This document shows positions 29,026-39,122 of a stretch of 64,000 nt of DNA, in pieces. This stretch comes from Bacteroidota bacterium. Lineage in GTDB: Bacteria > Bacteroidota > Bacteroidia > Chitinophagales > BACL12. The stretch covers positions 7,440 to 71,439 of the forward strand of contig WGOA01000052.1 in assembly GCA_016124275.1 (NCBI GenBank). Direction: 5' to 3'. The notes beneath the pieces were generated by a model, which was given only the letters and a program-made list of their open reading frames with translations, made no database searches and had not been told where the DNA came from. Within the stretch, counting starts at the first letter, position 1; the number at the start of each line of letters is the position of its first letter. The position numbers were made by a program, and so were the translations under genes.

Positions 29026-30477
29026 ATGAATGCTTTGCTCAACATCCTCAATTTCATTGATGGGGAGTTTGTTCCCGCGGTAGGCGAATCCTGGCTGGAC
29101 AATGTTGAACCCGCAACCGGGGTGATTTATTCGCTGCTGGCCGATTCGGATGACCGGGATGTGGCACTTGCGGTGCAGGCGGCGGAAAAGGCCTTTCCCT
29201 CGTGGAGCAACATGCCTGCCACCGAGCGATCGCGCATCTTGTTGCGCATTGCCGAAGGCATTGATACGCACATGGAAGAGCTGGCGCACGCGGAAAGCAA
29301 AGACAGCGGCAAGCCGGTGGAATTGGCGCGCACCGTGGACATCCCGCGGGCGCGGGACAACTTTCATTTCTTTGGCACGGCGGTGATGCATTTCGCGTCA
29401 GAAAGCCATGCGATGCCCGGCCAGGCGATTAACTACACGCTGCGCCAGCCGCTGGGCACCGTGGCCTGCATTTCGCCGTGGAACCTTCCACTGTACCTGT
29501 TCACCTGGAAGATTGCGCCGGCGCTGGCTGCGGGCAATTGTGTGGTGGCTAAGCCTTCGGAAATTACCCCGGCCACGGCCTGGATGCTGGCCGACATAGC
29601 GCGCGCTGCGGGATTGCCTGCCGGTGTGCTCAACATCGTGCACGGTCTGGGACCCAAAGTAGGGGCGGCCTTGGTGGACCATCCTGGCATTAAGGCCATC
29701 AGTTTTACCGGAGGCACCAAAACCGGCGAAGCCATCGCGCGCAGCGCGGCGCCCCGCTTTAAGAAGTTGAGTTTGGAATTGGGCGGCAAAAATCCCAACC
29801 TGATTTTCGCGGATTGCGATTACGAGCAGGCGCTGCAAACGTCGGTACGGTCCAGTCTCTCCAACCAGGGCCAGATCTGCCTTTGCGGCAGCCGCATTTA
29901 TGTGGAAAGGGCCTTGTACGATCGCTTCCGCAGTGATTTTGTAGCGCGGGTTGCAGCGCTGATCCAGGGCGACCCCCTGCAGACGCAGACCCAACAGGGC
30001 GCCGTGGTTTCGCAGGCCCATTTTGACAAAGTCATGGCGTGCATTGCCTTGGCGCGCGAGGAAGGCGGGGTGGTGTTGACGGGCGGCAAGCCTGTTAAAC
30101 TCAAAGGCCGCTGCTCCAAGGGATGGTTCATTGAGCCCACGGTTATTGAAGGGTTGGCGCCGGGCTGCCGCACCAACCGGGAGGAGATTTTCGGGCCTGT
30201 GGTTACGCTCCAACCGTTTGACCGCGAGGATGAAGCGTTGGCGCTGGCCAATGATGGCACCTATGGGTTGGCCGCTACGGTTTGGACGCAGAACCTGGAC
30301 CGGGCACACCGGCTTGCCGAGCAGCTTCAGGCTGGCGTGGTCTGGGTTAATTGCTGGTTGCTGCGCGACTTGCGCACCCCCTTTGGCGGCATGCGCGATT
30401 CCGGCGTTGGCCGCGAAGGGGGCTGGGAAGCCATGCGCTTTTTTACGGAGCCAAAAAACGTCTGCATAAAGTATTAA
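29026..30477 (+). CDS. Aldehyde dehydrogenase, probable 2-aminomuconate 6-semialdehyde dehydrogenase
   Basis: ISPWNLPLYLFTWKIAPA, FTGGT, LELGGKN, NQGQICLCGSR, EEIFGPV, WVNCWLLRDLRTPFGG; kynurenine context. Confidence 0.88.
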   Translation: MNALLNILNFIDGEFVPAVGESWLDNVEPATGVIYSLLADSDDRDVALAVQAAEKAFPSWSNMPATERSRILLRIAEGIDTHMEELAHAESKDSGKPVELARTVDIPRARDNFHFFGTAVMHFASESHAMPGQAINYTLRQPLGTVACISPWNLPLYLFTWKIAPALAAGNCVVAKPSEITPATAWMLADIARAAGLPAGVLNIVHGLGPKVGAALVDHPGIKAISFTGGTKTGEAIARSAAPRFKKLSLELGGKNPNLIFADCDYEQALQTSVRSSLSNQGQICLCGSRIYVERALYDRFRSDFVARVAALIQGDPLQTQTQQGAVVSQAHFDKVMACIALAREEGGVVLTGGKPVKLKGRCSKGWFIEPTVIEGLAPGCRTNREEIFGPVVTLQPFDREDEALALANDGTYGLAATVWTQNLDRAHRLAEQLQAGVVWVNCWLLRDLRTPFGGMRDSGVGREGGWEAMRFFTEPKNVCIKY

Positions 30478-30530
30478 ATGTTATGCATAACATTTAAAAT
30501 GTTATTGCAACAATTGCAAAATCTATTGTT

Positions 30531-30953
30531 ATGACTTCCTACAATGCCGATAACGCTCCCGCCCCGGTTGGGCTCTATCCACACGCCCGCCGTGTGGGTG
30601 ATTTGTTGTTTTTGTCCGGTATCGGGCCGCGCAGCGCAGATGGAAAGTCCATTCCGGGATTGGAGCTGGATGCCAGTGGCAATTTTGTCACCTTTGACTT
30701 TGAAGCGCAGTGCCATTCGGTGTTCCGCAACGTGAAGGCGGTGCTTAAGGCGTCGGATGCGCTTTGGGAAGATCTGGTGGACGTAACGGTTTTCCTCACC
30801 AACATGAAGCGCGATTTCCAAACGTACAACCGGGTGTACGCCGAATACTTCAAGGACCATCAGCCCTGCCGCACCACGGTAGAAATCAGCAGCCTGCCTA
30901 CCCCGATAGCCATCGAGGTCAAGTGCATTGCCTTTGTGGGATCGCGGGTTTAG
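30531..30953 (+). CDS. RidA-family protein, probable 2-aminomuconate deaminase
   Basis: APAPVGLYPHARRVG.LLFLSG, LVDVTVFL, PCRTTVEI..LPTPIAIE. Confidence 0.88.
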   Translation: MTSYNADNAPAPVGLYPHARRVGDLLFLSGIGPRSADGKSIPGLELDASGNFVTFDFEAQCHSVFRNVKAVLKASDALWEDLVDVTVFLTNMKRDFQTYNRVYAEYFKDHQPCRTTVEISSLPTPIAIEVKCIAFVGSRV

Positions 30954-31011
30954 GCGCGCAAGGGGTGATGGCCTACAAGTTGAGGGCGCGCAATAGCCGA
31001 TGGTGCGCAAC

Positions 31012-31944
31012 TCAGGTGCCCCATTCGCGGATCTGGCGTTCGGTCCAGAGCTCGGGGAAAAAGACCAGTTGCTGTTGGTTGGGGGGCAGGTACTTTTGCC
31101 AGTTGGTGCCGCCGGTGGCAGCGATAACGTCCGGGTCGCGGTTCAGGTAACGCGCCGCTGATTTCAGGTGCACCAGTGGCCACGCCACATTGGCCAGGTG
31201 GTCGTAGTCGCGCAGCATGTTGGTCAGTTCCTCGTCGCGCTCTTGTTCCGGCAGCTGTTTGTAGCGCGCCAACAGATGATGGCCCCGGTAGCGATCCATC
31301 AATTCCAGAAAGGTCTTGCTGTATTTGGCCAGGAATTGCCGGAGGGTCAGCGTTTTTCGCCCTGAAGCCAATTCGCGACCGCCGCGTTGCCAGTAGAGGT
31401 TGTCCAACAGCACCTGGTAGTCGTTTTCGCTGCGGAACCCTTCGCGCTGGGACCAGGCCACGAGGTTGTGTGCATCGGTGCTGGTCATCTCGATCATGCG
31501 GTATTGGGCGGACTGAAAACCCGAGGCGGGCAAGAGGGCCATTCGAAATTGCAGAAACTGCTCTTTCTCCATGCCGTCAATCATGATGCTGAACGAGTCG
31601 GTCAAATGGCGGAAGTAATTGTTGATGCGCTTCATGCGCAGTTTGAACACGGCTCCATGGAGCTCATCGGTAAAGGCCAGCTGTTCAATTTCGTTGAGAA
31701 TGAGCTTGAAATACAGCTCTGTAATCTGGTGGTAAAGGATAAAAATTTTCTCATCCGGAAAAATCGTGCGCGGATTTTGCAGGCTCAGCAGCACGTCAAG
31801 GTGTGTGTAATCCCAGTAGGTCAGGTAATCGGAGTGGATGAGCCCGTCCAGATACGAGCGCATGTCCTGGCCCATGGCCGCGTATTTTTCCTCCAGGGTG
31901 TGAATGCGCTGGATGATGTCGTCCGGAAGGGTTTTTTCTTGCAT
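31012..31944 (-). CDS. kynA: Tryptophan 2,3-dioxygenase
   Basis: YWDY..LD.LLSLQ, DEKIFILYHQITELYFKL, PASGFQSAQYR, TGGT. Confidence 0.92.
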   Translation of the reverse strand: MQEKTLPDDIIQRIHTLEEKYAAMGQDMRSYLDGLIHSDYLTYWDYTHLDVLLSLQNPRTIFPDEKIFILYHQITELYFKLILNEIEQLAFTDELHGAVFKLRMKRINNYFRHLTDSFSIMIDGMEKEQFLQFRMALLPASGFQSAQYRMIEMTSTDAHNLVAWSQREGFRSENDYQVLLDNLYWQRGGRELASGRKTLTLRQFLAKYSKTFLELMDRYRGHHLLARYKQLPEQERDEELTNMLRDYDHLANVAWPLVHLKSAARYLNRDPDVIAATGGTNWQKYLPPNQQQLVFFPELWTERQIREWGT

Positions 31945-31965
31945 GGGTAGGCGTTTAGCGGTGCC

Positions 31966-34080
31966 TCAGCGAAGTTCGCTTGTGAAGGCGAGGAACTCCT
32001 CTTCGGTCATAACCTGAATGCTGCCGATTTCTTGCGCTTTTTTGAGTTTAGAGCCGGCTTTTTCGCCCACCACCAGAATGTCGAGATTGGCCGATACGGC
32101 ACTCAGGTTGCGGCCGCCGTGGCGCTCCACCACTTCTTTAGCCTGCTCGCGGCCGAGGCGCTGCAACGTGCCGGTGAACAGCACGGTTTTGCCGCTCAGC
32201 ACGCCCTGGCCGGGTTTTTCTTCGGCCAGGGTGCGGGTGTTGAGGCCCAGTGCTTCCAGTTCGGCCAACAGTTCCTGATTCCTGGGGTTGGCAAAGAATT
32301 CCGAAATGCTGCGCGCCACCACCGGACCGATGTCTTCAATCTGCATTAATGCCTCCTGGTCTAACCCGATGAGGTCATTCAGTCCGTTCACGTGGCGTGT
32401 CAGGGCTTTGGCGGTGGTGATGCCGACGTGCCGGATGCCCAGCGCGTTGATGAGCCGGAACAGCGGACGTGACTTGGAGCGTTCCACGCCCTGTTGCAGG
32501 TTGGTCACGGCTTTTTTCCCCCATCCTTTCATTTGCTCAATCAGCGTGTAGTCCAGCTTGTAGATGTCGGGAATGCTACGGAGCAGGCCTTCCTGGTAAA
32601 AGCGGCCGACGATGTCTTTGCCCAGCCCGTCAATGTCCATGGCGTTTTTGGACACGAAATGGATGAGGCGTTCTTCGGCTTGGGCGGGGCATTCGGCGTT
32701 GGTGCAGCGCACGGCTACTTCGCCTTCCGCGCGGCTGAGCGGGCCCTCGCAACTGGGGCAGGTCAGGGGAAAAACAATGGGCGCTTCGCTGCCTGTTCGC
32801 GCTTCAACCACAACTCCGGCTATGTAGGGGATCACGTCACCGGCCCGCTCTACTTTGACCAGGTCGCCGATGCGGATGTCTTTTTCGTTGATCTGGTCCT
32901 GGTTGTGCAGCGAAATGGAACTTATGGTGACGCCGGCCAGCGATACCGGTTCCACTTTGGCCACCGGGGTGATGGCGCCGGTGCGGCCCACCTGGTACTC
33001 CACGCGGAGCAGGCGGCTGCTGGCCTGTTTGGCTTTGAATTTGAACGCGATAGCCCAGCGCGGGTGGTGCGCTGTGGCCCCGCAACGGCGCTGCATGGCC
33101 AGGCTGTTGACTTTGACCACCATGCCGTCAATCTCGTAGCGGTAGTCATCGCGGCGCAGTTCCCACTGCTGGATAAACGCAATCACCGGGGCAATGCCTT
33201 GGCACAAGCCCATGGCCTCACCCGGCACGCGAAATCCGAGGTTGAGCAAATGGTCCAGGTTGCCACTGTGCGTTTGGAAGGGGCTGTTGGTTGCGCCCAG
33301 CAGGTCTTCGCCTGCGGCATTAACGGCATAGCCCAAATGAAAGACAAAACTTTCCAGACCGCGTTGGGCCACTTCGGCGGGATCTTTCATGCGCAGGCCC
33401 CCGGCTGCGGTGTTGCGCGGGTTCTGAAACCGCGGCAGCCCTACGGCTTCGCGGGATTGGTTCATCCGGGCGAAGACAGCTTTGTCAATCACAACCTCGC
33501 CGCGCACTTCAACCAGCGCAGCTCCGAGCTGGTCAAAAGCGGCCGTTTTGGGGATGCCGCCAATGACGGGCACATTGGCCGAAATGTCTTCGCCTGCAAC
33601 GCCATCGCCGCGGGTAGCCCCGCGGTCCAACAACCCGTTGCGGTATTGCAGCGAAATGCTGGAACCGTCGAATTTGGGCTCCACGCAATACTCCACTTCG
33701 TCCACGCCGCAGAGCCCGCGCACGCGGCGGTCCCATTCCAGCAAGTCTTCGGCGTTGTAGGAGTTCTCCAGCGACAGCATGGGCACCGCATGGGCGACGG
33801 TAGCCGACGCGTCAGCCAGGCCCCGGGCAACGCGCTGCGTCGGCGAGTCGGGGACCAGCAGTTCCGGGTGTTCGTTTTCCAGTTGCCGGAGCTCGGCAAA
33901 AAGTCGGTCGTAGTCGGGGTCAGGAATTACCTGCTCGGCTTCGAGGTAGTATTGCCGGTCCAGGAATTCCAACACGGTGCGAAGGGCCGCCGCGCGATCA
34001 GCAGGTTCTTCGGGCCCTTCGCCGGTCAGCAGTTCGCGCAGGCTTTGCCGCAGTGCATCGTTTTCGTCGCGTTCCGTCAT
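31966..34080 (-). CDS. ligA: NAD-dependent DNA ligase
   Basis: DSPTQRV, PMLSL, EPKFDG, TRGDG, EVRGE, NPRN, DGMVVK, VGRTG, Zn finger CPSC, BRCT VGEKAGSKLKKA; ATG 34080. Confidence 0.97.
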   Translation of the reverse strand: MTERDENDALRQSLRELLTGEGPEEPADRAAALRTVLEFLDRQYYLEAEQVIPDPDYDRLFAELRQLENEHPELLVPDSPTQRVARGLADASATVAHAVPMLSLENSYNAEDLLEWDRRVRGLCGVDEVEYCVEPKFDGSSISLQYRNGLLDRGATRGDGVAGEDISANVPVIGGIPKTAAFDQLGAALVEVRGEVVIDKAVFARMNQSREAVGLPRFQNPRNTAAGGLRMKDPAEVAQRGLESFVFHLGYAVNAAGEDLLGATNSPFQTHSGNLDHLLNLGFRVPGEAMGLCQGIAPVIAFIQQWELRRDDYRYEIDGMVVKVNSLAMQRRCGATAHHPRWAIAFKFKAKQASSRLLRVEYQVGRTGAITPVAKVEPVSLAGVTISSISLHNQDQINEKDIRIGDLVKVERAGDVIPYIAGVVVEARTGSEAPIVFPLTCPSCEGPLSRAEGEVAVRCTNAECPAQAEERLIHFVSKNAMDIDGLGKDIVGRFYQEGLLRSIPDIYKLDYTLIEQMKGWGKKAVTNLQQGVERSKSRPLFRLINALGIRHVGITTAKALTRHVNGLNDLIGLDQEALMQIEDIGPVVARSISEFFANPRNQELLAELEALGLNTRTLAEEKPGQGVLSGKTVLFTGTLQRLGREQAKEVVERHGGRNLSAVSANLDILVVGEKAGSKLKKAQEIGSIQVMTEEEFLAFTSELR

Positions 34081-34083
34081 GGT

Positions 34084-34138
34084 TTGGGCAAACTTGGGGA
34101 AACTCTTGAGCAAACTTGGGCAAACTTGAGCGAACTTG
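34084..34138. repeat. Five degenerate 10-bp tandem repeats (TTGRGCAAAC-like) filling the spacer upstream of ligA
   Basis: TTGGGCAAAC, TTGGGGAAAC, (TC), TTGAGCAAAC, TTGGGCAAAC, TTGAGCGAAC. Confidence 0.85.
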
Positions 34139-34381
34139 TCAAACGGTGGAAGGCAAGAGCGCGTCAATGGCGGCAGCGAGTTTGTGGTCTTTTTCGGTGA
34201 CCACATCGCCGGCGTCGTGCGTGTTCAGGTAAATGTCCACCTTGTTGTAAACGTTGGTCCAGTAGGGGTGGTGGTTGTGCTGCTCGGCCAACAGGGCCAC
34301 CCTGGTCATGAAGGCAAATGCCTGGCTAAAATCGTTGAACTGGAAACTGCGATGCAGTTGGTTATTCTTTTCGGTCCACAT
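34139..34381 (-). CDS. phhB: Pterin-4-alpha-carbinolamine dehydratase
   Basis: [35 protein letters not shown]. Confidence 0.93.
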   Translation of the reverse strand: MWTEKNNQLHRSFQFNDFSQAFAFMTRVALLAEQHNHHPYWTNVYNKVDIYLNTHDAGDVVTEKDHKLAAAIDALLPSTV

Positions 34382-34399
34382 GCCCTAAAGGTAAGGCCT

Positions 34400-35446
34400 C
34401 TAAAAGTTCCAGTCGCCGGTGTCGAGGGTCTCCACGCAATGGCGCAGCAGATCGATGGACGCGCGGATGTCGGCTTTGTGGCACATTTCAATGACGGAGT
34501 GAATGTGCCGCGTGGGAATGGACACGGCTCCGGAAATGGCGCCGCGCGTGGCCATGCGCTGGATGCCGGCCGTGTCGGTGCCGCCCTTGGGCAGCACTTC
34601 GGGTTGCCAGGAAATGCCGTGGTCCGTGGCTACTTTTTTCATGAAGCGGACCATGCGGTAATCGCAGATGACCGAAGCGTCCATGATTTTGATGGCCGTG
34701 CCTTTGCCCAGTTTGGTCACCATTTCTTCGGGACGGGCGCCGGGCGTGTCGAACGCGATGGTGGTGTCCAGGCCGAATCCGAAGTCGGGGTTGATGCCGT
34801 GGGCGCTGACGTTGGCGCCGCGGATGCCCACTTCTTCCTGCACGGTGAAGACGGCGTAAAAGTCGAAGGGCGACTTTTTCATTTCGCGCAACACTTCGAT
34901 CAGAATGTACACCGAAACGCGGTTGTCCAGCGATTTGACGTTGACGCATTCGCCCATTTCAATGAGCTTGCGCTCGCGGCTCACCGGGTCGCCGATGTTG
35001 ACCAGTTTGTTGACTTCATCGGCGGGCAGACCCAGATCAATGAAGTAATCTTCCAGGTGCAAGGGTTTGTTGCGCTCCTCCGGGGTCATCAGGTGAATGG
35101 GTTTGGAGCCCATCACGCCGACCAGGTCTTCGCGACCGTGCACAATAACCCGCTGTGCGGTCAGGGTTTTGGGGTCAAAGCCACCGAGGGGGACAAAATG
35201 CAGGAATCCATTTTCGTCAATGTGCGAGACCATGAACCCGATTTCGTCCATGTGGGCGGCCGCCATGACTTTTTTGCCGCCTGGTTTTCCTTTTTTCAGC
35301 GCGATAACATTTCCCATGTTATCGATGTCCACCGAGTCAACCAGCGGGCGGACTTCGCGGAGCACAATTTCGCGGATGCGCTGCTCAAAGCCAGGAACAC
35401 CGGCTACTTCACAGATTTCTGCAAGCAAGGAAACGTTGATGGACAT
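34400..35446 (-). CDS. M42 family metallo-aminopeptidase
   Basis: GVPGFE, AAHMDEIG, LDNR, VQEEVGIRGA, GGTD, PTRHIHS. Confidence 0.93.
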   Translation of the reverse strand: MSINVSLLAEICEVAGVPGFEQRIREIVLREVRPLVDSVDIDNMGNVIALKKGKPGGKKVMAAAHMDEIGFMVSHIDENGFLHFVPLGGFDPKTLTAQRVIVHGREDLVGVMGSKPIHLMTPEERNKPLHLEDYFIDLGLPADEVNKLVNIGDPVSRERKLIEMGECVNVKSLDNRVSVYILIEVLREMKKSPFDFYAVFTVQEEVGIRGANVSAHGINPDFGFGLDTTIAFDTPGARPEEMVTKLGKGTAIKIMDASVICDYRMVRFMKKVATDHGISWQPEVLPKGGTDTAGIQRMATRGAISGAVSIPTRHIHSVIEMCHKADIRASIDLLRHCVETLDTGDWNF

Positions 35447-35536
35447 GGATGGAGGAGGTTGGAAGGGTTTGGGATCGGTACAAGACAGAGCGCCGGACTA
35501 GTTGCAGGGCTTTGTTGCTGCAAGCTGTTAATGCTC

Positions 35537-36967
35537 TTAGCGCACGACGCCGATTTTGAGCATGTTGGTTTTGCTGCGCGAGCCCAGGGGCATGGACCCG
35601 GTGTTCAGGACAATGTCGCCGCGGATGATCAGTCCTTTTTCCTTCAGGATTTCCTGGACTTCGGCGATGGTTTTGTCGGTGCTTTCAAAGCGGTTGTAGT
35701 AAAAGGCGCGAACGCCCCAGACCAGGCTCAGCGTTTTGATGAGTTGCTGGCTGTCGGTGAAGATGTGAATGGAAGCGCCCGGACGCTGGCTGGCCAGCAT
35801 AAAAGCGGTGTAGCCGGAGCGGGTCATTCCCAAAATAGCCCGCGCGTTAACGTGCATGGCAATGTTGGCAGCGTTGTAACAGATGGCATCGCTTAGGTAG
35901 GAGGGGGAATCCTTGTCTGGTTTGACTTCGCGGTTGTAGATGGAAGGGTCTTTTTCCACTTCCGCGATGATGTCGCGCATGGCTTCCACCACCTTGACCG
36001 GGAATTGCCCCACGGAAGTTTCTGCAGAAAGCATTACCGCGTCGGCTCCGTCAAATACGGCGTTGGCCACATCTGTAGCTTCGGCGCGTGTCGGGCGGAA
36101 GTGGCTGATCATGCTTTCCATCATCTGCGTGGCAATGATCACTGGCTTGTAGGCGGCCATGGATTTGCGCGTGATGTGCTTCTGGATCATGGGGATGCGC
36201 TCCATTGGCAATTCCACGCCAAGGTCACCGCGGGCCACCATGATGCCATCGCTGGCTTCAATGATGGAATCAATTTCTTCCAGTGCTTCAGGTCGCTCAA
36301 TCTTGGCGATGATGCGGACGTCTTTGTTGTGGTAGTTGATGATGCCGCGCAATTCGCGCATATCATCGGCTTTTCGAACAAAGCTCAGGGCGATCCACTG
36401 GATGTCGCAGTCCAAAACCCAGCGTAGGTTTTGCTTGTCGCTTTCCGTCAGGCTGGGTTCGGAAATGCGGGTATGGGGCATGTTCACCCCTTTTTTGCTG
36501 GACAAAAGCCCACCGTAAATGACTTTGGCCCGGACGCGGGTATCGTCAATTTTTTCCATGACCCGCAGTTCCAGCTTGCCGTCATCAATGAGCACATGAT
36601 CGCCTTCGGCTACGTCCCGGGCAAACTGCTCGTAGGAGATGGACACCAGGTCGGCGGTGCATTCTACGTTGTCCGTAGTCAGGATAAGTTCGTGGCCTTC
36701 GGGAAGCAATACCGTGCCACCGGGCACTTTGCCGGTCCGGATTTTTGGACCTTGCAAGTCGGCCAACAGGCCGACCGTGGTGCCCAATTCATCGTTGACA
36801 GATTGCACCAGCTCGATAACGGCTTTGTGCTTTTGCTCATCGCCGTGGCTCAGGTTGAGGCGGAAAATGTTTACGCCAGCGCGAATCAGGGCAGCGATCA
36901 TCTCGCGGCTTTCAATGGCCGGGCCGACAGTTGCGATAATTTTGGTCCGGTTTGGGGTCAGGTTCAT
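35537..36967 (-). CDS. pyk: Pyruvate kinase
   Basis: TKIIATVGPA, RLNLSHG, DLQGPKIR, IIAKIE, MVARGDLG, ATQMMESM, PTRAE.TDVANA..DG. Confidence 0.97.
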   Translation of the reverse strand: MNLTPNRTKIIATVGPAIESREMIAALIRAGVNIFRLNLSHGDEQKHKAVIELVQSVNDELGTTVGLLADLQGPKIRTGKVPGGTVLLPEGHELILTTDNVECTADLVSISYEQFARDVAEGDHVLIDDGKLELRVMEKIDDTRVRAKVIYGGLLSSKKGVNMPHTRISEPSLTESDKQNLRWVLDCDIQWIALSFVRKADDMRELRGIINYHNKDVRIIAKIERPEALEEIDSIIEASDGIMVARGDLGVELPMERIPMIQKHITRKSMAAYKPVIIATQMMESMISHFRPTRAEATDVANAVFDGADAVMLSAETSVGQFPVKVVEAMRDIIAEVEKDPSIYNREVKPDKDSPSYLSDAICYNAANIAMHVNARAILGMTRSGYTAFMLASQRPGASIHIFTDSQQLIKTLSLVWGVRAFYYNRFESTDKTIAEVQEILKEKGLIIRGDIVLNTGSMPLGSRSKTNMLKIGVVR

Positions 36968-37398
36968 TCAAAAAGTAAATTTAGCCTACGGCTAACCGTT
37001 TGAGGCTCAATGGGAAAAACAGTCTGGATGTTGGGGAGGGGTCGAATAGAAGCGAGGAGGTCAGGAAACTTATCGGCATACCAGGAACCGTATACGAGGA
37101 GAAGGTAATCGGCGTTGCGCTGCCCGGGTAGGAGCAGCTTGCCGCTAAAGCGGTTCGAAATTAGGTAAATCGTGGCTTTGTCCATCTCTTCTATGGCCCT
37201 GAACCGGGAAAAGCCGCCATTTTCCGGCAAATGTCCGGGCGAAAGTTCCACGTCTTCGATCCGCTCCAGGTCTATGCCTAAATAGCGGTTCAGCGACCAG
37301 GCCATGCGGTAATCGCGCAGCGGAGTGGCTATGCCGCCCAGCAAAAAGTCGGTTTCCAGCCCGACGTGCAAGGTGTTTTTCCTGATTTTCTCCCCCAC
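36964..37398 (-). CDS. IPExxxVDY-family conserved Bacteroidota protein
   Basis: LGGI...DYRMAWSLN, LISN, DYLL, NLLF end; typical position upstream of pyk; start uncertain. Confidence 0.7.
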   Translation of the reverse strand: MGEKIRKNTLHVGLETDFLLGGIATPLRDYRMAWSLNRYLGIDLERIEDVELSPGHLPENGGFSRFRAIEEMDKATIYLISNRFSGKLLLPGQRNADYLLLVYGSWYADKFPDLLASIRPLPNIQTVFPIEPQTVSRRLNLLFE

Positions 37399-37598
37399 AG
37401 GGCCCAAATTACGAACAACAAGGATGGTAAATGGCCATCGTGTTGAGAGAACAGAAAGGGTGTTTCTTTTACAACTCTTTGACTATCAATTTGGTAGATT
37501 TTCACGTGTGGACAATTTTCTCAAGGCTTATTCGCTTATCCTTTGGAATTGCTTTTCTTTGCGCCACTAATTTTTTTCAGTCCTTTAAATCATTCGCT

Positions 37599-37835
37599 AT
37601 GTCCGACATCGCGGAACGCGTAAAAAAGATCATCATTGACAAGCTGGGTGTTGACGAATCCGAAGTCAACCCTGAAGCCAGTTTCACCAACGACCTGGGG
37701 GCCGACTCCCTGGATACTGTGGAGCTCATCATGGAATTTGAGAAGGAATTCAACATCTCTATTCCCGATGAACAGGCGGAAAACATCACCAATGTTGGCG
37801 AGGCTATTTCCTACCTGGAAGAGCACGTCAAGTAA
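37599..37835 (+). CDS. acpP: Acyl carrier protein
   Basis: [20 protein letters not shown]; ATG 37599. Confidence 0.97.
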   Translation: MSDIAERVKKIIIDKLGVDESEVNPEASFTNDLGADSLDTVELIMEFEKEFNISIPDEQAENITNVGEAISYLEEHVK

Positions 37836-37862
37836 TTTTCGCCCAACCGCCCAACGACGGTT

Positions 37863-39122
37863 ATGGAGCTAAAACGAGTGGTCGTTACCGGCATCGGAGC
37901 ATTAACTCCGGTCGGGAATACAAGCCTTGCTTTCTGGGAGTCCCTGCTCGCCGGCAGGAGCGGTGCTGCGCCGATCACTCATTTTGATCCGCAGAATTTC
38001 CGCACCCGCTTTGCGTGTGAAGTCAAAAACTTCGACGTTGCGGATCACCTGGATCGCAAGGAGGCGCGGCGCATGGATCCTTTCGTGCACTTTGCCATGG
38101 TTGCCGCTCATGAAGCTGTGCTGGACTCCGGCCTTCTGGATGACGCCGCCCTGGACAAAGACCGGGTTGGCGTCATCTGGGGTGCTGGTATTGGCGGTTT
38201 GTTGACGTTTGAAGAAGAGATCGGCGGTTTTGCCCGCCGCGAAGACGGGGTGCCTAAATTCAACCCGTTTTTTATTCCCAAGATGATCATTGACATCTCT
38301 TCGGGCCATATCTCCATGCGCTACGGGTTCCGGGGCCTGAATTTCTCCACAGTTTCTGCCTGCGCGTCTTCTACCAATGCCATCATCGATTCGCTCAACT
38401 ATATCCGGTTGGGCAAAGCGGTGGCCATTGTTACGGGCGGGTCCGAGGCGGCTGTAACGGCATCCGGCATCGGTGGGTTTAACGCGATGAAGGCGCTCAG
38501 CGAGCGGAACGATTCCCCCGAAACGGCTTCGCGTCCCTTTGACCTGGACCGCGACGGTTTTGTTTTAGGCGAGGGCGCTGGTGCGCTCATTCTCGAAGAG
38601 CGGGATCACGCCATACGGCGCGGAGCTCGTATTTATGCCGAAGTGGTCGGCGGCGGCATGTCTGCTGATGCACACCACATGACGGCCCCACACCCGGAAG
38701 GGTTGGGTGCTCGCAACGTCATGATGGAAGCGCTGCGGGACGCGGGCATGCAAACTTCGGACATTGACTACATCAACGTCCACGGTACGTCAACACCCCT
38801 TGGCGATATTGCTGAAACAAAGGCCATTACCGAAGTTTTTGGCGAAGCAGCGTACGACCTGAATATTTCGTCCACCAAGTCCATGACCGGACATTTGCTG
38901 GGGGCTGCTGGAGCCATCGAAGCGCTGGCCTGCATTATGGCCGTGCACGATGATGTCATCCCACCCACCATCAACCATTTCACCGACGACCCTGCGTTTA
39001 ATACCCGCCTGAACTTTACGTTTGGCCAACCCGTTCGCCGGAAGGTGCGGGCTGCCCTGAGCAATACGTTTGGATTTGGCGGCCACAACGCTTCGATTAT
39101 TGTCAAAAAGCACGACGCTTGA
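37863..39122 (+). CDS. fabF: Beta-ketoacyl-ACP synthase II
   Basis: RVVVTGIG, SACASS, DGFVLGEGAG, HGTSTPLGD, KSMTGHLLGAAG, SNTFGFGGHN. Confidence 0.97.
   Translation: MELKRVVVTGIGALTPVGNTSLAFWESLLAGRSGAAPITHFDPQNFRTRFACEVKNFDVADHLDRKEARRMDPFVHFAMVAAHEAVLDSGLLDDAALDKDRVGVIWGAGIGGLLTFEEEIGGFARREDGVPKFNPFFIPKMIIDISSGHISMRYGFRGLNFSTVSACASSTNAIIDSLNYIRLGKAVAIVTGGSEAAVTASGIGGFNAMKALSERNDSPETASRPFDLDRDGFVLGEGAGALILEERDHAIRRGARIYAEVVGGGMSADAHHMTAPHPEGLGARNVMMEALRDAGMQTSDIDYINVHGTSTPLGDIAETKAITEVFGEAAYDLNISSTKSMTGHLLGAAGAIEALACIMAVHDDVIPPTINHFTDDPAFNTRLNFTFGQPVRRKVRAALSNTFGFGGHNASIIVKKHDA

Noticed and set aside
32494-35896. Very long plus-strand ORFs (568 and 586 aa)
   Set aside because: Antisense shadows of ligA and of the dehydratase/M42/pyk genes, expected in GC-rich DNA; no protein motifs. 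The same applies to the many other overlapping ORFs in the track
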